The notes: generated from the sequence alone by a model not told the origin. Counted from the stretch's first letter, positions 52,346 to 63,118 are shown. The stretch is DNA of 64,000 nucleotides from an uncultured delta proteobacterium (GCA_963804165.1 CAWDPO010000004.1:128001-192000); one strand, 5' to 3'. Numbers and translations: made by a program.

Positions 52346-54135
52346 TCACTCGCTGTCGAGGAAATAGCTTGAGTTCATCTCGGGGTTTGGGGCAAGAGGC
52401 ACCCAACCGACGTGGGTGATTCGTCCCATTCGGCCATCTCGCCCATCTTGGGCGTCGTTTGGACGGGGCTGTGCTCGATCTTCGAGCGCCGTTCGGGCCG
52501 CGTTGACTCGATCGCACTGCGCTGCTGTGAGGTAGAACGCCAGCGACTCAAGGTGACGCCAGTGTCTGAAGAACACCTCGTATTCGGGGTCCCGGGTGAT
52601 GGTGTCCTCAAGGAGTTGCACCGCGGCCTCGACTGACTCTTTGGCCACTCGCCTCCGAAGGTTCGGGAGGAGGTTGATCATCCCGTCCTCACTGACGATG
52701 ATGATGAGACATTCCCCATTGTGCGTGTAGTGGTACCGCACCACTGAGTTGAATCGAGCTCCTCGGCTCGCGTCGCCTTTACCAGACGCATGTCCGTCGA
52801 GGATGACCCCCACCGCATGGCATGTTCCTTGTGGATCGACCAGGACAGCGCCATCGATACTCGTCACGGCAGCCAGCACCGCCAAGTCGAGATGCTGCGG
52901 GCGAATCTGTTGTGCTTGCGGGGGCAGTCGGGAGGCTTCCCCACTGGCGTCCCTGTGAACGACCAGCATGGTTCCGTGCGAGGCTTTGGACGCGGCGTCA
53001 GCCAGCTGCCACAAGGCATTTGACGCATTACCATCGATCTCGGGGAACGGCCGGACTGCGCTACGTCAACGAAATGCTGGGGATCCAGGTGAGGCTGCGG
53101 AAGTGTCGGCCTCGTGTTCGTTACTCTGAGCATCGGAACTTGATTGTGGCTCAGTTCCCAAACGCCGCGGGACATCACGCTAAACACGAACGCGCTCTCT
53201 GCTGAGGGCAGATAACTGTTCCTCAGACGGGCTAAGCCCAACACTTCGGCTCCGTCGCACAGGAGCTGTTGACCTCCGCCTGTCATCTCTAGGGCCTTTC
53301 GAACGGAACGGGTTTCAGAGAGCCCTATGGGCTTGACGAAGTCAAGGACAAATTCTAGGTGCGCATTCGATTTGGACGCCAGCAATAGCCCCCCAGACAC
53401 CGGAACGGCCCTCGTATGGTTGGGCCGAGACCTCATTGAGTGCGACGACCAAATCTGATGGAAGTTCGCAACCGCTGAATATAGAGACCGATTGGACGAA
53501 TTCGCGTGCGGCCTTCCTAATTAGTTCGGAGCGGTCGGACCAGTGAAGCGAAAAATCCTCTGGAGGAGTGCTGCGACCGAGATCGGCGGTTGCAGTGAGT
53601 AGCTCGCGTACCAGGGAGTGCTGCAGCGAGGGGAGTACCGTGTATCGGTCGACCTTGACTCGGCTCAGGGCGGGCATGGAATCCCATCGCCGGGGTAGGC
53701 CCGCAATAACCGGGTGCACTTCGTAGACTCCGTCAACGAGTGCCGACGAGCCCACGAAGAAGGTCAGATCCTCGCCCTGCAAGGACTCGGCCAAGGCATC
53801 GCGAATCACTTCTGCGCGGAATTGGTCCACATGTTCACGATGAATCTGCTCATGGTGGCGCACGCTGCTGTAGATCATCCGGGCTTCGTCGCTTGCCTTG
53901 TACCGCTTCTGCGCTTCCGCCATTGAACCCGACAAATCCACTGCTGCGAGGGGGTCCCATTCTGGTTCAAAGCAGATTGGGAACGGCCGATCCTCAGCCT
54001 CAGTGAACCCGATCAAAAACGCTCGGGCGCCGAGCCCAAATCCAATCTGTTCAAATACATCCCTCGTCACGTTCTCTAGGCCGTATCGGAAGTGAGACTG
54101 GAACCCCACATGAACTGGAGTATTGAGTTTCGCAC
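52346..54135 (-). CDS. diadenylate cyclase (DisA_N/DAC) domain protein with large N-terminal putative sensor region (~595 aa, frameshifted)
   Basis: C-terminal HGTMLVV, TSIDGAVLVD, GVILDG, RGARFNS, IIVSEDG; rebuilt N-terminus MRNSILQFMWGFQSHFR; three ORFs tile the span. Confidence 0.8.
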
Positions 54136-54313
54136 GGGTCCATCGTCTAGGACTCAGATCCGATTGGTCAACGGGTACCCAGATGTGCATCGGTCTCATC
54201 GTGGTTTCAATTGGTGTCTCCAAGCTGCGGAGTGGGCTTCGATATCGTTGGAGTCTAGTGTGGGGCAGATATGCCCTGTTTGTGGTCGCGGTTGCTGAAA
54301 AAGGTTGGGCTAC

Positions 54314-54389
54314 GCGAGGACCGGCCCGCAGCGAGCGCAGCGAGCGAGGACACGGACCGCAGCGCGGCGAGCGCAGCGAGCCGTCTTGA
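54314..54389 (+). repeat. ~77-bp direct repeat, copy B, followed by CT(C/T)GGA(T/C)TAC repeats at 54417-54456
   Basis: Close match to 47588-47665; internal GCGAGCGCAGCGAGC duplication; ends in GTCTTGAT. Confidence 0.75.
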
Positions 54390-54715
54390 TTCAGGAGAGG
54401 CAGATTGGGCAGTCGGCTCGGATTACAGCTCGGACTACGGTCGACTTGGATTACAAACCGGTGACCGCCCACCGAACCGTTCCTGTCGCTGCTCAATAGT
54501 CCAAGCCGATGGTGCTAAGCATGCGCGATGCGCTGGACCACGGCGATACAGGCCAGGTACCCACGCGCACGGGTCGCCGTGAGATCAGGTGCCTCGTCGC
54601 AGCGGATGCACCGGCCGTTCGGTGGCGCTACGGCTCACACGGTCGCCGACGCCGCCGCCCAACTCGGACGCTCGATGGTCATGCGTCTCGCTTCCTGCAG
54701 AATCTCCGGCGGGGA

Positions 54716-55303
54716 TCAGCTGTGCATATTCGGGGAGCTCCTGGACCGTCCGGTTGTGCCGTCTCGCGGTCCTTGGCGAGGACAATGTCTCCGGCGCTGA
54801 GGCCGGCTTTGAGGCTGATGCGGACCCATTCGCCGATCAGGATGCCGTTCTTGAGTTTGAGGATCAAGGTGCCTTTGGAGCGGGCTGCGGGATCGTCGAT
54901 GATGTCCAACCGAAGAGGTCGGTGTCGTCGGCGTGGAGTTCTGAGCGCCAGGCAAACGCCTGCCTCCGGGGCGGCGGCGTCTGGTGAGGCCGGCAGGATT
55001 TCGACGCGGCGGCCGCGGTGGGACAAGCTCATCAGGACCGGCGTGAAGGGTGTCGGCCTTGTTGTCGAGGCCCTTCCAGCAGCTCCACCAGGTGCCAGAG
55101 AAGGTCGGCGGTCCGCCCGGCGAGCTCGTCGATGGTGATCGCCAGCGTCTGGGCGAGGGCGCGAGCGGCCTGCAGGGGCGGTTCGGCGTCGCCGCTTTCG
55201 TAGCGGCGGATTTGCCGGGGGTCGAGCCCGACCGCAGCCGCCAGCTCGGCCTGGGACAGGCCGAGCTCGACACGCCGACGCCGATGACCTCTGCCGTCTG
55301 CAC
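54716..55303 (-). CDS. XRE-family HTH regulator with C-terminal beta-strand-rich domain (frameshifted)
   Basis: Rebuilt RRVELGLSQAELAAAVGLDPRQIRRYESGDAEP..ALAQTLAITIDELAG, then SGTWWSCW, LFGW, RSKGTLIL, GEWV. Confidence 0.75.
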   Translation of the reverse strand: MQTAEVIGVGVSSSACPRPSWRLRSGSTPGKSAATKAATPNRPCRPLAPSPRRWRSPSTSSPGGPPTFSGTWWSCWKGLDNKADTLHAGPDELVPPRPPRRNPAGLTRRRRPGGRRLPGAQNSTPTTPTSSVGHHRRSRSPLQRHLDPQTQERHPDRRMGPHQPQSRPQRRRHCPRQGPRDGTTGRSRSSPNMHS

Positions 55304-55334
55304 GGTAAGGGATTACCCCCTCGAAACCCTGATG

Positions 55335-55403
55335 AGGACGATTAAGTCCGATAAGCGGACCTCTAGTGCTCTAGTTTAGGACCATCAAGTCCGCAACTAG
55401 GAC
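55335..55403. promoter_or_regulatory. operator array upstream of the XRE gene
   Basis: GGAC-N6-GTCC palindromes at 55336-55349 and 55379-55392; GGAC recurs at 55336, 55357, 55379 and 55400. Confidence 0.65.
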
Positions 55404-55702
55404 AAAACCAAGTATAGGGGTGACGATGGCCACGAGACGCCGACCAGACCCAGGGCCAGACAGATTGCCGATCTGGCTGGCTGAAATGCCTGGCAGTTGC
55501 GGGCACACCCCCGGAGCGTCCTGACGCCGGCTCCGCGGCGCGCACTCGGTCGGCACGCCGTATCGATCGGCGTGGCTCAGGTATCTGCTGCCGCAACCGT
55601 TGTTTCACCCCGCTTGACCTCGACCGTGGATGCACTGCGAAGTGCGCTACAGGACCGCCCGGCCCAAACGAACTCAGCATCAACCCGACAAGGAGATCCA
55701 AC

Positions 55703-56344
55703 ATGACCCCCATCCGCCTCGCCGCAGTCCTCGCCACGACCGCGTCGAGCGTCACCGCAGCCGCCGGCTGCGCGCCGATTCCCCAGGTCGCGTGCCGCAG
55801 CAGTCGCCGACTCTGTCCCTTCGACCAGCTCTGAGCCGATGCAGGATCCGACGCCGTCGATCTCACCAAGCGCGTCGCCGACCGTCGAGGCAACCCCGTC
55901 GAATCCGAGCAGCCCACCATCGACCGACAAGCCATTTGCGGTACGTAAGGGCACGATCGACAGCAAGCGGATCAGAGCCACGCTGTACCCGGTGTCACGA
56001 ACTGGGCGTACCTCAACGGTCAACCTCTTCCTCGAGGAAATCAAGCCATCTCCGATGGGCTTCCGCATCCTGTGGTCGATGAGTGACCGCAATCAGGAGG
56101 TCGCCGCCAACGACAACACCGCAGTCGACGGCCTCCGGCTGATCGACGGAAAACACAAGATGGCGTACTTGCCGGCCACCACCGGTGACGGGGAATGTCT
56201 GTGCAGCCCGGCTCACAACCACGTAACGAACAACTACCGCGAGGTGATGATCACCGTGATCTTCGCCGCCCCACCTGCCAGCACGACAGTGTCGACGTCA
56301 TGATCCCGATATTCGGCACGGTCAACGATGTCCCCGTTGTCTAG
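55703..56344 (+). CDS. secreted/lipoprotein, Tad-locus-associated (frameshifted)
   Basis: AAGGAG RBS, signal peptide with AGC lipobox-like site, Pro/Ser linker, LIDGKHKMAYLP..CLCS..FAAPP. Confidence 0.6.
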
Positions 56345-56898
56345 GGCGCGAACGGTCGGGGTCGCGACCGCAACGGCCACTGTGCTCGCAGTTTTCCTCG
56401 CCACTCCCGCCTCTGCCGAGCAGCCGGGGGCCGACCCACCTGCAGATCCAACGGCGCCGGTCGTCTCGATCACCGCACCGGTCATCCCCATTCACACCGG
56501 CACCGCCGATCTCCGGGCGGCGCACCACCCGCCAGGACACCAAGACCGGCGCGAAGGTTCGGCTGGATAGCACCATTCTGTTCGCCAAGGACAGCGCAGC
56601 GTTGCAGCCGGGGGCGAAGACCAGGATCCGCCGGGCGGCACGGTGGCTTCGCGCCCGCGGGCCGGGCGATGTCACCGTCATCGGGTACACCGACGATCTC
56701 GGTCCGCCCCAGCATGGGCTGGACCTGTCCTATCGCCGGGCCGCCGCCGTCGCCCGTATCCTCCGTGATGCGCTGCCCGGCCGGGTGATCGCCTACACAG
56801 GTATGGGCGAGGCCAATCCGCGCCGTCCCAACACCAGCGAGGCCAACCGGCGGCAAAACCGCCGCGTCATCATCACCATGGTCGAACGACGCCGATAG
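56328..56898 (+). CDS. OmpA-like peptidoglycan-binding domain protein (frameshifted)
   Basis: LFAKDSA, VIGYTD, LSYRRAAAV, GMGEANP, NRRVII. Confidence 0.85.
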
Positions 56899-57099
56899 AA
56901 CGTTGAGCCAATCGACAGGCTCCCGTACAGGCCGGACTTCGCATTGGAACCGATGGTGCGCCTGAGCACGGTTGTCCACAGGTTGTTCGACCCGTTACGG
57001 ATTCCGCGCTGAGCCCTTAGGCTGCCGAAATCTCTCACGGAACCGTGACCACCAAGGCGGCCTGACGTCCTTAGGTTCACAGGATCGGAAGGAGTATCG

Positions 57100-57723
57100 A
57101 TGAGAATCGCGATCACAAGAATTCGCGCGCTCTGTGCCATTCCCCTAGTGGTCACTGCCTTGACGGTCGGATCTGCCTGCTCGGAGCCCTCCACCGGCCC
57201 CGTTCCGACGCCGTCATCTGCCGTGTCGTCACCGCACCCGCATCGCCCCCGACGCCGACGCCGACGGCCCGCCCCACGGCGGACGCGAAGACCGAGGCAG
57301 CTCGCCGCGAGGTGCTCGCCCTGGTCGACAAGTACTACAAGGTCGATGAGGCGATTGCTGAGCAATCCGCAGCGTTCCGCTCGACCGGTATTACAGGTCG
57401 CTGGCGGAAAGTACGTCCATGTGCTTTTGCAGAATGCGCAGAGCCAGCGCGCCCAAGGCTACAGGGTAATCGGAGCGTTCGATTCGGCCGTCGCGAGGTC
57501 CCTGAGAACCTGACCCGTCCGGTGATGACGAGAAGCTGCCTCGGCAACGGTGCAGAACTGCCTGGACGTCCGCAGAGTCGACGTGGTGGACCAGGAGGGC
57601 AAGTCGGTGGTCGAGCCGAACCGGGCCGATGCGTACGTTGAACGGTTGAGGCTGCAGAAGAAGAAGTACGGCTGGCGAGTGGTGGCCGGCAACAACAAGG
57701 GAACGGCCCGATGCGACGCTTGA
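57100..57723 (+). CDS. putative lipoprotein (frameshifted)
   Basis: GGAG RBS, signal peptide ending GSAC, Pro-rich linker, CLDVRRVDVVDQEGKSVV. Confidence 0.6.
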
Positions 57724-58607
57724 TCTCGACCCTTATCCTCTTAGCCGGGATCCTGACAGCAATGGCCTTCGCGCCAGAGACGTCCCTGCAGTCCCCACAT
57801 GCCTGAAGACTGATCTGCGGACCGGAAGTCTGCCTGGTCGAAGTCCAGGTGCCCGGCGATCCCAAGCCGATCTCCGACGACAAGCCCAGAGTCAAGCCGG
57901 ACCGGTGGAAATCCCGGGTGACCTGCTCGACGGCGAACAAAGGTCCCGTGTCGACACAGCGCCGGGATCTGGTCCGACCAGCACCGCTGCTACGTAAAGC
58001 GCGTGGCGAAGCAACTCCGAAGTCCGATCCGTCGTGGGAGGGCCATACGACCGGAGCGTGTACTACACTGATTCCAGGCCGACGACAACGATACCTATCC
58101 TTCTGGCTCGCAACCGCCCCTGGAGCCGCACCTCCACCTGATCCGCGCGTCCTGGCCCAACAAGCCATCCAGTCGATGCAGCTGCACGCCATCGAAATCG
58201 GGATCGTTCCTGAACCGCGCCCGGACCGGATCGGGGTGATTGGTTTGCCGACGTGGATGTGGGCTGACAGTCCTGATCAGCACACGTGGGGTCCGATCAC
58301 CCGGACGGCGTCGGCTGGTGGTTACACGGTGACGGCGACGGGTCGGGTGCAGCGGGTGGTGTGGGCGATGGGGGATGGGTCGACGGTGGTGTGCACGAAG
58401 CGGGGCACGCCGTATGCGGATTCGTTCGGGAAGCGGTCGAGCCCGGATTGCGGTCACCGGTACACCCGTCAGGGCCGTTACACGGTCCGCGCGACCTCGT
58501 ATTGGGTCGTGGAGTGGGCCGGGATCGGCCAGTCCGGAACGATTCCGATGAATTTCACCAGCACAGCGGTGATCACCATGGGCGAGGTCCAGGTGCTCAG
58601 CCGCTAG
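57711..58607 (+). CDS. secreted actinobacterial ICE/Tad-associated protein with PKD-like C-terminus (often annotated ATP/GTP-binding protein; frameshifted)
   Basis: Signal peptide, PDPRVLA, GLPTWMW, VVWAMGDG, SPDCGHRY, VRATSYW. Confidence 0.7.
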
Positions 58608-58631
58608 AAGCGTCGAGCCGAGGAGTTGATC

Positions 58632-59335
58632 ATGTCGGTCACCGTGAACGGACGCAACAAGCCAGCCGCGGCCACGGCTGACGGCAAGCCGAAGGAGCGC
58701 GCGGCGGCCGCCGAGCGTGGGGGCGGTGGCGGCGCCGCCGAGGTTGCGGCGCCGGCCGCTGCTGGCGGTCGCGTCGGTGGCCGCGGTGTGTCTGGGCGCG
58801 TTGTTGGCGGCGTGGGCGTACACCTCGATCAGCACCGCCCAGGAGGTGGTGGCGGTCCGGGCCGAGTGTGCAGCGGGGTGAGGTGATCACCCGGGAGGAC
58901 CTGGTCACGGTCCGGGTGGGGGTGGATCCGGCGCTGAAGCCGGTCCCGGCCGCGGAGCTGGACTCGATCGTCGGCCAGCGGGCCGCGCTGGACCTGGCCG
59001 CCGGCGGGCTGGTCACCGCCGACCGGTCACGCCGGCGGTGTTGCCGGCGCAGGGCATGTCGGTGGTCGGGGTGGCGCTGCCCACCGGATTGTTGCCGGGG
59101 GAGCCGTTGCAGGTGGGGGACCGGGTGCGGGTGGTCGCCACGCCGGGGGAGCAGGGCGAGGTCACCGAGCGGCAAGCAGCGGTCGATTCCGGCCACGGTG
59201 GTGGGCCTGTACCCGGACGCCGACAACGGGCGGACGGTGGTGTCGGTGCAGGTTCCGTTCGATCAGGCGGCGGAGCTGGCCGCCCGGTCGGCGACCGGCA
59301 AGGTCGCATTGGTGTTGGACTCCCGGGAGCGGTGA
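58632..59335 (+). CDS. SAF-domain protein (CpaB/RcpC-like; frameshifted)
   Basis: N-terminal TM, RGEVITREDL, GQRAALDLAAGGLV, LQVGDRVRVV. Confidence 0.75.
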
Positions 59336-59340
59336 CGGCG

Positions 59341-60139
59341 ATGGCGTTGATCGTGTTGACCTCGGCGGCCGGATCTCCGGGGGTGACGACCACCGCGGTG
59401 GGTTTGGCGTTGACCTGGCCGCGGCCGGTGCTGTTGGTGGAGGCCGACCCGACGGGCGGCTCGGCGGTGCTGGCCGGCTACTTCCGGGGGGGCACCGGCC
59501 ACCCGGCGGGGTTGATCGATCTGGCCTGGGCGGACCGGCAGGGTTCGCTCGCCGCCACCCTGCCCGGGTTGACCATGCCCATCCCGGATTCGCAGGCCGT
59601 CCTGCTGCCGGGGGTCCGGGCCCATGGGCAGTCCCGACAGCCTGGTCGGACTGTGGGAGTCGCTGACCGCGACGCTGAAAGGTTTGGAGTCGACGGGCCA
59701 GGACGTGCTGGTCGACGCCGGCCGGCTCGGCCTGACCGGTTCACCGGAGCCGCTGATCTTCGGCGCCGACCTGACGTTGTTGACGGTGCGGACCGATCTG
59801 GTGGCGCTGTCGGCGGCCCGGTCGTGGGCGGAGACGTTGCGTCGAGGATTCGACGCAGCACGGGCGCGGCGGGCCGGCTGGGTCTGCTGCTGGTCGGGGA
59901 CGGCCGCCCCTACGGGGCGCGGGAGGTGTCGAAGGTTCTGCAGCTGCCGGTGACGGCGGCGCTGCCGTGGGATCCGGAGGGGGCGGCGGTGTTCTCCCGC
60001 GGCGCAACCCCGCCGCGCCGGTTCGACCGGTCCCCGCTGACCCGAGGCCTCCGGGCCGCGCCGCCGCGGCGATCGACGCAACCGGTCGACCGCACCCGGG
60101 ACCAGCCTCGACACGGCCGCTGCGGGGGTGCGGTCGTGA
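59341..60139 (+). CDS. MinD/ParA-like P-loop protein (TadZ/CpaE-like; frameshifted)
   Basis: TSAAGSPGVTTTA, LLVEADPTGG, VLVDAGRL, LPWDP. Confidence 0.75.
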
Positions 60140-60748
60140 ACCGCGCACGCCTGAGCGAATCGCCCGAGGAGCCGGCGGATCCGGCGGAGCTGCCACTGTT
60201 CGCCGCCGACGGCACGCAGCCGGCCCGGCCGGGCCGGGTGCGGTCCCGGTTCTCGATGAGGGTCGACACCGTGCCCACCCCAGCGATGCACGCCGCCGAC
60301 CGCTTCCCGGGCGGCCACATCACCGCGGTCCACGCGTGCCCACGCAGTGGACCCGGCCGGTTCCGTCCGGCTGGGCCGGTGGGCGACGGGATGGATTGGT
60401 CGCAGGTGGCGATTCTTCCGGTCGCAGGCCTCGGATCGGCTGAGCGCGGCGCTGGGCGAGGGGCTGGGCCGGCTGGATCGGGACGGGCAGCGGGAGCTGG
60501 GCCGGGCGATCATTCTCGAGCTGCTGCAGGCCGAGGCCGCGGCCCGCATCTCCGAAGGGGTGGAGCCGTGGACGGCCGGTGGAGCAGGATCGGCTGGCCG
60601 CGGGCGGTGTTCGACGCCTTGTTCGGGCTGGGCCGGCTGCAGCCGCTGGTCGATGACGACCGGGTCGAGAACATCATCATCACCGGCCACGAAACGGTCC
60701 GGCTGGAGCTGACCGACGGCACCATCATTCCCGGCGACCCGGTCGCGG
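60136..60748 (+). CDS. CpaF/TadA-family ATPase, 5' part only (truncated at a junction)
   Basis: AVFDALFGLGRLQPLVDDDRVENIIITG; sequence switches before Walker A. Confidence 0.75.
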
Positions 60749-60749
60749 G

Positions 60750-61658
60750 GCACCTGAGCACCAGCTGGCCGCCGCGGCGGCCCAGCCAGAGCGGGTGGCC
60801 GGGGCGGATCTCCACGCCGTAGAGCACCTCGCCCACGCCGCAGGCCTCGAGCGCCGGCCGCAGGTGGTCGTGGCGTCCCACCGAGACGCCGCCGGTGGTG
60901 ACGAGCAGGTCGGGGGCCTTGCCGTCGCGGCCGTCGAGGATGCCGCCGACGGCGTCGATGGTCGCCTGGAGGTCGTCGGGCACGACGGCGCGCGCCACCA
61001 GCTCGGCGCCGGCGGCCTCGGCCTGGGCGGCCACGCCGGGCCGGTTGGCGTCGTACACCTGGCCCGGCCCCAGCTCCTCCCCGGCCGGGACGACCTCGTC
61101 GCCGCTGCCGACCACGGCGACCCGCGGACGGCGGATGCAGGCGACCTCGGCGTGGCCGGCGCCGGCGACGACGGCGACCTCGTGGGCGCCGACCACCCGG
61201 CCGGCGAACAGGAGCACCTGGCCGGCGCGAACGTCCTCGCCCCGGTCGCGGACGAACACGCCGGGCTCGGGGTCGGCGAGGGCGCGCACCAGCTCCCCCT
61301 CCTCCACGGCGTCCTCCACGCGGAGGATCGCGTCGGCGCCGTCGGGCAGCTCGGCGCCGGTGGAGATGCGCACCGCCTCGCGGGCGGCCAGCGACGGCGC
61401 GAAGGGCGCGCCCGCCCGGCTCTCGCCGACCAGGCGCACCACGCCGGCGCCCGCAACGTCGGCCGCGCGCAGGGCGTAGCCGTCCATGGCCGAGTTGGTG
61501 AAGGCGGGATGGTCGCCGCGGGCGAGCACGTCCTCGGCGAGGACCCGGCCCGCGAGCTCCTCGAGCGGGACCGTCTCGGCCGGCAGGTGGAGGGCGAGGG
61601 CGCGGACCTGGGCGAGCGCCTCGTCGAAGGTGACGTCCCGGAGCGCGGCCGTGGTCAT
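60750..61658 (-). CDS. moeA: molybdopterin molybdotransferase, 3'-truncated at a junction
   Basis: GRVLAED, NSAMDGYA, RISTGA, RGEDV, SGDE, TTGGVSVG, IRPG. Confidence 0.92.
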
Positions 61659-61665
61659 GCGCGGA

Positions 61666-62709
61666 TCATCGCAGGCGCTCCCGCAGCGCGAGCACCCGCG
61701 CGACCGACGCCTCGGCGTCGGCGCGCGCGGCCGGGTCGGAGGCGATCTCGGCTCGGAGGGCGCGGGCGGCGGCGGCGCCGTTCCCGAGGCCGGTGTACAT
61801 GACCAGGTCGCTGCCGGCGCCGGCGGCCCGCACGGCGACCGCGCCGGGCCCGCCGACCGGTGCCAGCGCCGGCGTGTCGAGCGCGTCGGTCACGCTGACC
61901 CCGGCGAAGCCGAGGCGGCCGCGCAGCTCGCCGCTGGCGATGCGGCGCGACAGCGCCGCCGGGGTGCCGGGTCGAGCGCCGGGTAGACGGCCGTGCCCAG
62001 CATCACGAGGGGGACGCCGCGGCGGATCAGCGCGGCGAAGGGGGCCATGTCGACCCTGCGCAGCTCGCGGGCCGGCAGGTCGATGCGGACCGGGGCGGCG
62101 TCGGTCGTCTCCTGGGCGGCGCCGAGCCCCGGGAAGTGCTTGGCCGTCGCCGCGACGCCGGCGCCGGCGAGGCCCTGCGAGAAGGCGACGGCCGCGCCGG
62201 CGACCGCGGGGGCCGTCGTCCCGAAGAGCCGGCCGGCGCCGGCGAGCGCGGAGCCGGGCCGGGCGACGTCGGCGACCGGAGCCAGGTCAACGTTCGCCCC
62301 GACGCCGTGCAGCAGGCGGCCCGCGGCGGCGCCGGCCGCCCGCGCCGAGGCCGGCCCCGCCGCGCCGATCTCCACCGGCCGGCGGGCGGGCGGGCCGGGG
62401 AGGCGCCGCACCAGGCCGCCCTCCTGGTCGACCATGACGAGCAGCGGCGCCCGCAGGCCGGCCGGGCGCGGGATGGACTGGAGGCGGGCGATCAGGGTGC
62501 GGGCGCCGTCGAGCCCGGCGATGTTCCCTCCGAGCAGCAGCACCGCCCCGGCCTCGCCGCGGGCGATGCGGGCCGTCAGCTCGGCCGGCGGGGTCGTCCC
62601 GGGGAAGCCGTAGACCACGCGCTGGCCGGCGAGCTGGGCAGGCGTCAGGCCGGCCGCCGTGGAGGGCGCCAGGGCGACCAGCTAGCGCCGTGACGAGGCC
62701 GCCGATCAC
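61666..62709 (-). CDS. GH3 beta-N-acetylhexosaminidase-like, secreted (frameshifted)
   Basis: VDQEGGLVRR, LAPVADV, AKHFPGLG, TDAL, AGSDL. Confidence 0.85.
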
Positions 62710-62722
62710 GGCCCGGCGGAGG

Positions 62723-63118
62723 TCAGTCCTCCCCGCGCTCCTCGAAGTCGAGCGAGGCCGAGTTGATGCAGTAGCGCAGCCCCGTCGGCTGGGGGCCGTC
62801 GGGGAAGACGTGGCCCAGGTGGGCGCCGCAGCTGCGGCACACGACCTCGGTGCGGACCATCCCGAGGCTCGTGTCGGGGCGGTCCTCGACCGCCTCGCCC
62901 GCGGCGGGCTCGTAGAAGCTCGGCCAGCCCGTCCCCGACTCGAACTTCGTGTCCGAGTCGAAGAGCGGCTCGCCGCAGACCACGCAGGTGTAGGTGCCGT
63001 CCTCGTGGTGCTCGGCGTAGCGGCCGGTGAACGGCCGCTCTGTGGCCCCCTCCTGGGTTACTGCATACTGCTCGGGCGTGAGGCGCTCGCGAAGCTCGGC
63101 GTGGCGATCGTCCGGCAT
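62723..63118 (-). CDS. msrB: peptide-methionine (R)-S-oxide reductase
   Basis: [43 protein letters not shown]. Confidence 0.95.
   Translation of the reverse strand: MPDDRHAELRERLTPEQYAVTQEGATERPFTGRYAEHHEDGTYTCVVCGEPLFDSDTKFESGTGWPSFYEPAAGEAVEDRPDTSLGMVRTEVVCRSCGAHLGHVFPDGPQPTGLRYCINSASLDFEERGED

Noticed and set aside
46800-55420. CRISPR array
   Set aside because: Repeats occur as 2-3 copies without regular unique spacers, and no cas genes are present.
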